Shown piece after piece: positions 37,632 to 50,523 of a DNA stretch of 64,000 nt. Positions within the stretch are counted from its first letter, which is position 1. Each line of letters opens with the position of its first letter. The position numbers and the translations under genes were made by a program. Origin of the DNA: Squalus acanthias. Lineage: Eukaryota. The stretch spans positions 61,382,001 to 61,446,000 of the forward strand of contig CM059438.1 in assembly GCA_030390025.1 (NCBI GenBank). Direction: 5' to 3'. The notes under the pieces are model-generated. The model was not told the DNA's origin. It made no database searches and saw only the letters and a program-made list of their open reading frames with translations.

Positions 37632-38523
37632 CAACAACAACAACAACATGTATTTATATAGCGCCTTTAACGTAGTAAAACGTCCCAAGGCGCTGCACAG
37701 GAGTATTTTAAGACAAAAAGTTTGACACCGATCTACATAATTAGAGCAGGTGACCAAAAAGCTTGGTCAAAGAGGTAGGTTTTAAGGAGCGTCTTAAAAG
37801 AGGAAAGAGAGTCAGAGAGGTGGAGAGGTTTAGGCAGGGAATTCCAGAGCTTAGGGCCTAGGCAATAGAAGGCACGGCCACCAATGGTTGAGCGATTATA
37901 ATCAGGGATTCTCAAGAGGGCAGAATTAGAGGAGCGCAGATATCTCGGAGGGTTGTGGGGCTGAAGGAGATTACAGAGATAGGGAGGGGCGAGGCCATGG
38001 AGGGATTTGAAAACAAGGATGAGAATTTTGAAATCGAGGCGCTGCTTAACCGGGAGCCAATGTAAGTCAGCGAGCACAGGGGAGATGGGCGAACGGGACT
38101 TGGTGTGAGTTAGAACACGGGCAGCCGAGTTTTGGATGACCTCAAGTTTACGTAGGGTAGAATGTGGGAGGCCAGCCAGGAGTGTGTTGGAATAGTCAAG
38201 TCTAGAGGTAACAAATGCATGGATGAGGGTTTCAGCAGCGGATGAGCTGAGGCAAGGGCGGAGACGGGCGATGTTACGGAGGTGGAAGTAAGCTTTGTTA
38301 TGCTGCGGATATGTGGTCAGAAACTCATTTCAGGGTCAAATATGACACCAAGGTTGCGAACAGTGTGGTTCAGCCTCAGACAGATGTTAGGGAGAGGGGT
38401 GAAGTCAGTGGCTAGGGAACGGAATTTGTGGCGGGGCCCGAAAACAATGGCTTCGGTTTTCCCAATATTTAATTGGAGAAAATTTTTGCTCATCCAGAAC
38501 TGTATGTCGGACAAGCAGTCTGT
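37632..38523 (-). mobile_element. L2 LINE 3' part
   Basis: NFLQLNIGKTE, VRNLGVIFD, DLHWLPVKQRLDFKIL; (caa)n tail. Confidence 0.93.
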
Positions 38524-39356
38524 CATATTTAGATACATCAGATGATCTCGAGGCTGACCTGGAAGGAGTCAGAGACATACAAATTGGGGGCAGAGGTGAC
38601 CTTGACTGCCACTGGTAGTGCTGTCTCTGTGGTGGATGTTGGCCGCAAATCTCCTGGTTGAAGATAACGCAGCCAGATTTTATTTTTTTATGTAATAATT
38701 TTAACAGCAATGGTGATGCTTTCCATCTGACAGTAAGTCCACAGGAAAATTACTCAGAAAATAGAATCCAAGGATTTTGATATGGTAAACATGGTTTCAT
38801 ACTTTTGGGCCTCATGGATAGACATGTTCATGAGCCTATAGACGATAGTGCTCAGCAAGTATTAAGATGCTTTAGTAGTGATACTGAGGTAGAATCCAGG
38901 GTATGTAGACAAAGCAAAAAACATTAGAAGCAGCTGACTGTGCTTATATTATAGGGTTCGTGATTGGACCCAAACTACTAAAGTGCTTGTGCAAACTAAG
39001 GTTTTTAAACACAATCTGGCTCCTTAAAGTTAGTACTGGAGTCACCTGCGGTTTGGTGAGTTCCAGTCGAGCGTACAAGAGCAATGGAGATCCTTTTCTT
39101 TAGCAGCAGGCCAGATGAAAACAGTCTTTCTGCAGTGTCTAAACGGCAGACACCTACGGAATGCCAAAACATAACACGGCACATTCCAAGCATTCAGCAT
39201 CAGGACTTGGAGCCCAGGCAAGTAAACTAATTGTCCCAATGCAACAAAAGAAATCCAAATTATCAGCTAACCATATCACCAGCAATTACACCACTCGAAC
39301 TCTTGTCTACAGCTTTGTAACGGGTGGAAGATTAATTTGACAGACCTGCCTGACTA

Positions 39357-39822
39357 AACATAGGAACAGGAGGAGGCCATTCAGCTCCTCGAGCCTGCTC
39401 CGCCATTCAATTAGATCATGGCCAATCTGTCCCTCAACACCATTTACCTGCCTTTACTCCATATCCCTTAATATACTTACCCAACAAAAATCTATCGCTC
39501 TCAGTTTTGAAAGCTCCAAATGGCCCCCAGCATCCACAACCTTTTGGGGGAGAGAGTTCCAGATTTCCACCACCCTTTGGGTGAAAAAGTACTTCCTGAT
39601 TTCCCTCCTAAACGGCCTAGCTCTAATTTTAAGGATATGTCCCCTTGTTCTGGACTCCCCCACCAGAATAAATAGTTTCTCCTTATCTACCCGATCAAAT
39701 CCTTTCAACATCTTAAAAACCTTGATCAGATCATCCCTCAATCTTCTACACTCAAGGGAATACAAGCCAAGTTTATGCAACCTGTCCTTATAATTTAACT
39801 CTCTATGCCCCGGTATCATTCT
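39357..39822 (-). mobile_element. CR1 LINE 3' fragment
   Basis: RRLRDDLIKVFK..FFTQRVVEIWNSLP. Confidence 0.9.
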
Positions 39823-40146
39823 AAACAGAACTCTGGTAGCTATATGAAATTATTTTCAGTAAGGTATTACTGTATTTAAATTAATTACACAGCAGCTCGG
39901 GTCAGTCCTGAGGAATAATAAAGTTGGAAGTACATCTGGGCTGCAACCATTGACTCCACATTGTGTAAATGAATGGCTATACCTGGGCTGTAATCACTAT
40001 GCCTACATTCTGTACCAGTCTTCTATTCCACACCCTGTTTGCAGATTGTTAGTGAGTGAAAGCCTGGCCTTGTGGGGATCAGGGCTACCCACCACTGCCG
40101 TGCAGAGAGGAGCTAGAATGAGGACCTTGCGCTCGCCATTCCCTTA

Positions 40147-40688
40147 TAACATAAGAACATAAGAAATAGGAGCAGGAGTAGGCCATTTGGCCCCTCGAGC
40201 CTGCTCCGCCATTCAATGAGATCATGGCTGATCTGATCTTGGGCTCAGCTCCATTTCCCTGCCCGCTCCTCATAACCCTTCACTCCCTTATTGTTCAAAA
40301 ATCTGTCTATCTCCACCTTAAATATATTCAATGACCCAGCCTCCACAGCTCTCTGGGGCAGAGAATTCCACAGATTCACGACCCTCTGAGAGAAGAAATT
40401 CCTCCTCATCTCAGTTTTAAATGGGTGACCCCTTATTCTGAAACTATGCCCCCTAGTTCTAGATTCCCCCATGAAGGGAAACATCTTCACTGCATCCACC
40501 TTGTCGAGCCCCCTCAGTATCTTATATGTTTCAATAAGATCACCTCTCATTCTTCTAAACTACAATGAGTATAGGCCCAACCTGCTCAACCTTTCTTCAT
40601 AAGTCAACCCCTTCATCTCAGGAATCAACCTCGTGAACCTTCTCTGAACTGCCTCCAATGCAAGTATATCCCTCCTTAAATAGGGATC
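40147..40688 (-). mobile_element. CR1 LINE 3' fragment
   Basis: MRGDLIETYKIL..FFSQRVVNLWNSLP; (aacataag) tail. Confidence 0.92.
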
Positions 40689-40782
40689 CCAGTTGATATC
40701 CATTTATTTCTTTTGGCCCGTGTAAAGGAAGAGGAGAAGGATGAGCAGGGAGATCAGAAATTATTGAGGACATCATATATAA

Positions 40783-41568
40783 TCTTAGGCAGTCCCTTGG
40801 AACCGAGGATGACTTGCTTCCACGCTAAAAATGAGTTCTCAGGTGACTAATGAGTCCAATGCAGGATCTACGGTCTCTGTCACAGGTGGGGCAGACAGTG
40901 GTTGAAGGGGCAGGTGGGTGGGGTGCTTGGGTTGACATGCGCTCCTTCCGCTGTTTGCACTTGGCTTCCGCTTGCTCCCGGCGAAGAGACTCGAGGTGTT
41001 CGACGCCTTCCCAGATGCTTCTCCTCCACTTTGAGCGGTCTTGGGCCAGGGATTCCCAGGTGTCGGAGGGAATGTTGCACTTTTTCAAGGAGGCTTTGAG
41101 GGTGTTCTTCAAGTGTTTCCTCTGCCCACTTGGGGCTCTCCTGCCATGTCGGTGCTCCGAGTAGAACGCTTATTTTGGGAGTCTCGTATCGGGCATGCAG
41201 ATGATGTGGCCCGTCCATCGGAGCTGATTGAACGTGGTCAAAGCTTCGATGCTGGGGATGTTGGCCTGAGCGAGAACACTGATGTTGGTGCGCCTATCCT
41301 GCCAATGGATTTGCAGGATCTTGCGGAGGCAGCATTGGTGGCACCTCTCCAGTGCTTTGAGGTGCCTGCTGTACATGGTCCATGTCTCTGAAGCATATTG
41401 GAGGGCGGGTATCACTACTGCTCTGTAGACCATGAGGTTGGTGCCGGGTTTGAGGTCCTGTTCTTCAAACACTCTCTTCCTCAGGCAACCGAAAGCTACA
41501 CTGGCACACTGAAGGTGGTGTTGGACTTCGTCATCGATGTCTGCCCTTGTTGACAGTAGGCTCCCTAG
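40783..41568 (-). mobile_element. RTE-clade LINE, 5' truncated
   Basis: Inverted homolog of 35787-36566 with an in-frame stop. Confidence 0.92.
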
Positions 41569-41569
41569 G

Positions 41570-41840
41570 TAGTGGTTACTGGACTAGTAATCCAGCAGGA
41601 AAGCTGCCGTCCTTACCCGATCTGGGCCTATATGTGACTCCAGTCCCACACCAACGTGGTTGACTCTTAACTGCCCTCTGAAGTGTACTAGCAAGTCACT
41701 CAGTTTTATCAAACCACTACAAAGAATTCAGAAGGTCAAGATGAAGGCTCACCACCACCCTCTCAGGGCAACTAGGGGATGGGCAATAAATGCTGCCCTT
41801 GCCAGCGATGCCCACATCCCAAAAATTAATTTTTAAAAAT
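41570..41840 (+). mobile_element. Third SINE family (internally deleted) with a lineage-B LINE tail
   Basis: tagtggtt..ggactagtaatccag tRNA-like head remnant; 3' gggcaactagg..gggcaataaatgc..cccacatccc matches the LINE tail. Confidence 0.6.
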
Positions 41841-43627
41841 GTATTCGGCAGCAGTCCTAGTCCCTGTTAGCCTGCGAGTGTTTCCAGAATTGTGGTGGTT
41901 TGATGCATCCTACCTAACATCACCTTGGAAAGAGGACTCCATCTGAAGGCCAAAGTCCAAGGAAGAGAGACAGGAGAATGCCAATCAGGAACCATAGGAT
42001 GCAGAAGAGGGTGGACCACAGCCCGAACAAAATAAAGGAACCCTAATTACAGAAACTGTCGGCTAAGCTCCAACACAATCTCTGTCTTCCCCTTCTACTG
42101 CCAAAACTATCAAACACCAGCCAGCACTCTCTCCGCCTTTCTTGGTATTCTTCTCACCGCTGCCTCACAAATATCGTAATTTCACTCCACATTTCCTTTG
42201 CAGAAAGTCAATTATGCTCCAAATTTGCAAGGTGTCTTTGTACCTAATCCCTGTTAGCATAATCCTTCCGCTTCCTAACAGCTGGTGAAACTATTCATCT
42301 CAATGCTTCTGCTGAGTGAAAGGCCTGTGACAGCAGCCTGATTGATGGCTGCCAGATAGATAACCCTATCAGATAAACACTTGTTAATCCTATCAGATAA
42401 ACACTGGATACACCATATCAGATAAACACTGGATAACCCTGTCAGATAAACACTGGATAACCCTATCAGATAAACACTGGATACCCCCTATCAGATAAAC
42501 ACTGGATACCCCTATAAGATAAACACTGGATAACCCTATCAGATAAACACTGGATACCCCTATAAGATAAACACTGGATAACCCTATCAGATAAACACTG
42601 GATATCCCCTATCAGATAAACACTGGATACCCCCTATCAGATAAACACTGGATATCCCCTATCAGATAAACACTGGATACCCCCTATCAGATAAACACTG
42701 GATATCCCCTATCAGATAAACACTGGATACCCCCTATCAGATAAACACTGGATACCCCCTATCAGATAAACACTGGATATCCCCTATCAGATAAACACTG
42801 GATACCCCCTATTGATAAACACTGGATACCCCCTATCAGATAAACACTGGATACCCCCTATCAGATAGACACTGGATACCCCCTATCAGATAAACACTGG
42901 ATACCCCCTATCAGATAAACACTGGATACCCCTATCAGATAAACACTGGATATCCCCCATCAGATAAAAACTGGATAGCCCCTATCAGATAAACACTGGA
43001 TACCTCATATCAGTTAAACACTGGATACTCCTATCAGATAAAAACTGGATACCCCCTATCAGATAAACACTAAATACCCCCTATCAGATAGACACTGGAT
43101 AACCTCTATCAGATAAACACTGGATACCCTCTATCAGATAAACACTGGATACTCCTATCAGATAAACACTGGATACCCGCTATCAGATAAACACTGGATA
43201 CCCCCTATCAGATAAACACTGGATACCCCCTATCAGATAAACACTGGATAACCTCTATCAGATAAACACTGGATAAACTCTATCAGATAAACACTGGATA
43301 TCCCCTATCAGATAAACACTGGATAACCTCTATCAGATAAACACTGGATACCCGCTATCAGATAAACACTGAATACCTCATATCAGTTAAACACTGGATA
43401 TCCCCTATCAGATAAACAAAGGATCTCCCTATCAGATGAACACTGGATAACCCCTATCAGATAAACGCTGGATAACCCCTATCAGATAAACATTGGATAC
43501 CCACTATCAGATAAACACTGGATATCCCCCATCAGATAAACACTGGATACCCGCTATCAGATGAACATTGGATACCCCCTATTGATAAACACTGGATGCC
43601 CCCTTCAGATAAAAACTGGATAACCCC

Positions 43628-43856
43628 TGATGTAAGAAAACTACTAGGCACTTGGTCTATGCGTTAAACAAAGCTTTAATCAATTGTTTTTCAACATGGA
43701 GAGCTAGTTGTGTCCTTTTTCTAGTTCCTGTTAAAGAATGTCCTGAGCAAGCTGGGCCCAAGCCCGAGTATTTATATTCTCCCGGACAGCGCCACCAGCA
43801 GGCTGCCCAGTATTATTTCATAAGTCATTTCCACATGAATGACAAGATTCATGTCA
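43628..43856 (-). mobile_element. Putative solo LTR, copy 1
   Basis: TG...CA ends, 5-bp TSD acccc/accgc, minus-strand TATAAATA (43769-43776) and ATTAAA (43675-43680). Confidence 0.7.
43787..43802 (-). promoter_or_regulatory. CTCF-like motif (repeated in LTR copies 2 and 3)
   Basis: CCTGCTGGTGGCGCTG resembles the CTCF core CCASYAGRKGGCRS. Confidence 0.55.
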
Positions 43857-45892
43857 ACCGCTATCAGATATACAATGGATAACTTCTATAAGATGAACAC
43901 TGGATCCCCCTATAAGGTAAGCATTGGATATCCACTATCAGATAAACACTGGATATCCCTATCAGATAAACACGGGATACCCCTATCAGATAAACACTGG
44001 ATACCCCTATCAGATAAACACTGGATATTCCCATATCAGATAAAGAATGGAAAGTCCTATCAGATAACCACTGGATACCCCCTATGAGATAAACACTGGA
44101 TACCCCCTATGAGATAAACACTGGATACCCCCTATGAGATAACCACTGGATACCCCCTATCAGATAACCACTGGATACCCCCTATGAGATAAACACTGGA
44201 TACCCCCTATGAGATAAACACTGGATATCCCCTAACAGATAAACACTGGATACCCCCTATCAGATAAACACTGCATACCCCTATAAGATAAACACTGGGT
44301 ATACCCTATCGGATAAACACTGGATACCCCCTATGAGATAAACACTGGATATCCCCTAACAGATAAACACTGGATACCCCCTATCAGATAAACACTGGAT
44401 ACCCCCTATCAGATAAACACTGGATACCCCCTATCAGATAAACACTGGATACCCCCTATCAGATAAACACTGGATACACCCTATCAGATAAACAGTGGAT
44501 ACCCCCTATCAGATAAACGCTGGATACACCCTATCAGATAAACAGTGGATACCCCCTATCAGATAAACGCTGGATATCCCCTATCAGATAAACGCTGGAT
44601 ACCCCCTATCAGATAAACACTGGATACCCCCTATCAGATAAACACTGGATACCCCCTATCAGATAAACACTGGATACACCCTATCAGATAAACACTGGAT
44701 ACCCCCTATCAGATAAACGCTGGATACACCCTATCAGATAAACAGTGGATACCCCCTATCAGATAAACGCTGGATACCCCCTATCAGATAAACACTGGAT
44801 ACCCCCTATCAGTTAAACACTGGATACCCCCTATTGATTGTCACTTGATACCCACTATCAGATAAACACTGGATACCCGCTATTGATAAACACTGGATAC
44901 CCCCTATTGATTGTCACTTGATACCCCCTATCAGATAAACACTGGATACCCCCTATCAGATAAACACTGGATACCCCCTATTAATTGTCACTTGATACCC
45001 ACTACCAGATAAACACTGGATACCCGTTATTGATAAACACTGGATACCCCCTATCTTATAAACACTGGATATCCCCGTATCAGATAAAGACTGGATAGTC
45101 CTATCAGATAAACACTGGATACTCCCTATCAGATAAACGCTGGATACCCCTATCAGATAAACACTGGATACCCACTATCAGATAAACACTGGATACCCAC
45201 TATCAGATAAACACTGGATACCCCTATCAGATAAACACTGGATACCCACTATCAGATAAACACTGGATACTCCTATCAGATAAACGCTGGATACCCACTA
45301 TCAGATAAACACTGGATACTCCTATCAGATAAACGCTGGATACCCCCTATCAGATAAACACTGGATACCCACTATCAGATAAACACTGGATACCCACTAT
45401 CAGATAAACACTGGATACCCCCTATCAGATAAACACTGGATACCCACTATCAGATAAACACTGGATACTCCTATCAGATAAACGCTGGATACCCACTATC
45501 AGATAAACACTGGATACTCCTATCAGATAAACACTGGATATCCACTATCAGATAAACACTGGATACCCCCTATCAGTTAAACACTGGATATCCCCTATCA
45601 GATAAACAAAGGATCTCCCTATCAGACAAGTACTGGATCCCCCCTATCAGATAAATACTGGATACCTCCTATGAGATAAACACTGGATACCTCCTATGAG
45701 ATGAACACTGGATAACCCCTACCAGATAAACATTGGATACCCACTATCAGATAAACACTGGATACCCCCCATCAGATAAACACTGGATACCCCCTATCAG
45801 ATAAACACTGGATACCCGCTATCAGATGAACACTGGATACCCCCTATTGATAAACACTGGATGCCCCCTTCAGATAAAAACTGGATAGCCCC

Positions 45893-46121
45893 TGATGTAA
45901 GAAAACTACTAGGCACTTGGTCTATGCGTTAAACAAAGCTTTAATCAATTGTTTTTCAACATGGAGAGCTAGTTGTGTCCTTTACCTAGTTCCTGTTAAA
46001 GAATGTCCTGAGCAAGCTGGGCCCATGCCCGAGTATTTATACTCTCCCGGACAGCGCCACCAGCAGGCTGCCCAGTATTATTTCATAAGTCATTTCCACA
46101 TGAATGACAAGATTCATGTCA
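45893..46121 (-). mobile_element. Putative solo LTR, copy 2
   Basis: Same 229 bp and same flanks as copy 1. Confidence 0.7.
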
Positions 46122-48795
46122 ACCGCTATCAGATACACAATGGATAACTTCTATAAGATGAACACTGGATCCCCCTATAAGGTAAGCATTGGATATCCAC
46201 TATCAGATAAACACTGGATATCCCTATCAGATAAACACTGGATACCCCTATCAGATAAACACGGGATACCACTATCAGATAAACACTGGATACCCCTATC
46301 AGATAAACACGGGATACCCCCTATCAGATAAACACTGGATACCCCTATCAGATAAACACTGGATATTCCCATATCAGATAAAGAATGGAAAGTCCTATCA
46401 GATAACCACTGGATACCCCCTATGAGATAAACACTGGATATCCCCTAACAGATAAACACTGGATACCCCCTATCAGATAAACGCTGGATACCCCCTATCA
46501 GATAAACACTGGATACCCCCTATCAGATAAATGCTGGATACCCCCTATCAGATAAACACTGGATACCCCCTATCAGATAAACACTGGATACCCGCTATTG
46601 ATAAACACTGGATACCCCCTATCATATAAACACTGGCTATCCCCGTATCAGATAAAGACTGGATAGTCCTATCAGATAACCACTGGATACCCCCTATGAG
46701 ATAAACACTGGATATCCCCGTATCAGATAAAGACTGGATAGTCCTATCAGATAAACACTGGATACCCACTATCAGATAAACACTGGATACCCACTATCAG
46801 ATAAACACTGGATACCCGCTACTGATAAACACTGGAGACCCACTATCAGATAAACACTGGATATCCCCTATCAGATAAACACTGGATACCCCCTATTGAT
46901 TATCACTTGATACCCACTATCAGATAAACACTGGATACCCCCTATCAGATAAACACTGGATACCCCTATCAGATAAACACTGGATACCCCCTATCAGATA
47001 AACACTGGATACCCCCTATCAGATGAACACTGGATACACTCGATCAGGTAAACACTGGATACCCCCTATTGATAAACACTGGATACCCCCTATCAGATAA
47101 ACACTGAATAAACCTATCAGATAAACACTGGATACCTCCTATCAGATAAACACTGGATACCCCCTATTGATAAACACTGGATACCCCCTATCAGATAAAC
47201 ACTGCATACCCCCTATCAGATAAACACTGGATACCCCTATAAGATAAACACTGGATAACCCTATCAGATAAACACTGGATACCCCTATAAGATAAACACT
47301 GGATAACCCTATCAGATAAACACTGGATATCCCCTATCAGATAAACACTGGATACCCCCTATCAGATAAACACTGGATACCCCCTATCAGATAAACACTG
47401 GATATCCCCTATCAGATAAACACTGGATACCCCCTATCAGATAAACACTGGATACCCCCTATCAGATAAACACTGGATACCCCCTATTGATAAACACTGG
47501 ATACCCCCTATCAGATAAACACTGGATACCCCCTATCAGATAAACACTGGATACCCCCTATTGATAAACACTGGATACCCCCTATCAGATAAACACTGGA
47601 TACCCCCTATCAGATAAACACTGGATACCCCCTATCAGATAAACACTGGATACCCCCTATCAGATAAACACTGGATACACCTATCAGTTAAACACTGGAT
47701 ACCCCCTATCAGATAAACACTGGATACCCCCTATCGATAAACACTGGATACCCCCTATCAGATAAACACTGGATACCCCCTATCAGATAAACACTGGATA
47801 CCCCCTATCAGATAAACACTGGATACACCCTATCGGATAAACACTGGATACCCCCTATCAGATAAACGCTGGATACCCCCTATCAGATAAACACTGGATA
47901 CCCCCTATCAGTTAAACACTGGATACCCCCTATTGATTGTCACTTGATACCCACTATCAGATAAACACTGGATACCCGCTATTGATAAACACTGGATACC
48001 CCCTATTGATTGTCACTTGATACCCCCTATCAGATAAACACTGGATACCCCCTATCAGATAAACACTGGATACCCCCTATTAATTGTCACTTGATACCCA
48101 CTATCAGATAAACACTGGATACCCGTTATTGATAAACACTGGATACCCCCTATCTTATAAACACTGGATATCCCCGTATCAGATAAAGACTGGATAGTCC
48201 TATCAGATAAACACTGGATACTCCCTATCAGATAAACGCTGGATACCCCCTATCAGATAAACACTGGATACCCACTATCAGATAAACACTGGATACCCAC
48301 TATCAGATAAACACTGGATACCCCCTATCAGATAAACACTGGATACCCACTATCAGATAAACACTGGATACTCCTATCAGATAAACGCTGGATACCCACT
48401 ATCAGATAAACACTGGATACTCCTATCAGATAAACACTGGATATCCACTATCAGATAAACACTGGATACCCCCTATCAGTTAAACACTGGATATCCCCTA
48501 TCAGATAAACAAAGGATCTCCCTATCAGATAAGTACTGGATCCCCCCTATCAGATAAATACTGGATACCTCCTATGAGATAAACACTGGATACCTCCTAT
48601 GAGATGAACACTGGATAACCCCTACCAGATAAACATTGGATACCCACTATCAGATAAACACTGGATACCCCCCATCAGATAAACACTGGATACCCCCTAT
48701 CAGATAAACACTGGATACCCGCTATCAGATGAACACTGGATACCCCCTATTGATAAACACTGGATGCCCCCTTCAGATAAAAACTGGATAACCCC

Positions 48796-49024
48796 TGATG
48801 TAAGAAAACTACTAGGCACTTGGTCTATGCGTTAAACAAAGCTTTAATCAATTGTTTTTCAACATGGAGAGCTAGTTGTGTCCTTTACCTAGTTCCTGTT
48901 AAAGAATGTCCTGAGCAAGCTGGGCCCATGCCCGAGTATTTATACTCTCCCGGACAGCGCCACCAGCAGGCTGCCCAGTATTATTTCATAAGTCATTTCC
49001 ACATGAATGACAAGATTCATGTCA
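48796..49024 (-). mobile_element. Putative solo LTR, copy 3
   Basis: Apparently identical to copy 2, 2903 bp away. Confidence 0.7.
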
Positions 49025-50523
49025 ACCGCTATCAGATACACAATGGATAACTTCTATAAGATGAACACTGGATCCCCCTATAAGGTAAGCATTGGATATC
49101 CACTATCAGATAAACACTGGATATCCCTATCAGATAAACACTGGATACCCCTATCAGATAAACACGGGATACCACTATCAGATAAACACTGGATACCCCT
49201 ATCAGATAAACACGGGATACCCCCTATCAGATAAACACTGGATACCCCTATCAGATAAACACTGGATATTCCCATATCAGATAAAGAATGGAAAGTCCTA
49301 TCAGATAACCACTGGATACCCCCTATGAGATAAACACTGGATATCCCCTAACAGATAAACACTGGATACCCCCTATCAGATAAACGCTGGATACCCCCTA
49401 TCAGATAAACACTGGATACCCCCTATCAGATAAATGCTGGATACCCCCTATCAGATAAACACTGGATACCCCCTATCAGATAAACACTGGATACCCGCTA
49501 TTGATAAACACTGGATACCCCCTATCATATAAACACTGGCTATCCCCGTATCAGATAAAGACTGGATAGTCCTATCAGATAACCACTGGATACCCCCTAT
49601 GAGATAAACACTGGATATCCCCGTATCAGATAAAGACTGGATAGTCCTATCAGATAAACACTGGATACCCACTATCAGATAAACACTGGATACCCACTAT
49701 CAGATAAACACTGGATACCCGCTATTGATAAACACTGGAGACCCACTATCAGATAAACACTGGATATCCCCTATCAGATAAACACTGGATACCCCCTATT
49801 GATTATCACTTGATACCCACTATCAGATAAACACTGGATACCCCCTATCAGATAAACACTGGATACCCCTATCAGATAAACACTGGATACCCCCTATCAG
49901 ATAAACACTGGATACCCCCTATCAGATGAACACTGGATACACTCGATCAGGTAAACACTGGATACCCCCTATTGATAAACACTGGATACCCCCTATCAGA
50001 TAAACACTGAATAAACCTATCAGATAAACACTGGATACCTCCTATCAGATAAACACTGGATACCCCCTATTGATAAACACTGGATACCCCCTATCAGATA
50101 AACACTGGATACCCCCTATCAGATAAACACTGGATACCCCCTATTGATAAACACTGGATACCCCCTATCAGATAAACACTGGATACCCCCTATCAGATAA
50201 ACACTGGATACCCCCTATCAGATAAACACTGGATACCCCCTATCAGATAAACACTGGATACACCTATCAGTTAAACACTGGATACCCCCTATCAGATAAA
50301 CACTGGATACCCCCTATCGATAAACACTGGATACCCCCTATCAGATAAACACTGGATACCCCTATCAGTTAAACACTGGATACCCCCTATCAGATAAACA
50401 CTGGATACCCACTATCAGATAAAGACTGGATACCCCCTATTGATAAACACTGGATACCCCCTATCGATAAACACTGGATACCCCCTATCAGATAAACACT
50501 GGATACCCTCTATCAGATAAACA

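Larger units (their letters stand above)
42354..50523. repeat. 25-bp satellite array with higher-order structure
   Basis: Unit ccccctatcagataaacactggata (24-25 bp), interrupted by three 229-bp inserts. Confidence 0.98.

Noticed and set aside
43652..43882. Triplicated 76-aa small protein gene
   Set aside because: Non-ATG start, no recognisable domain; it runs antisense through the putative LTR into the satellite
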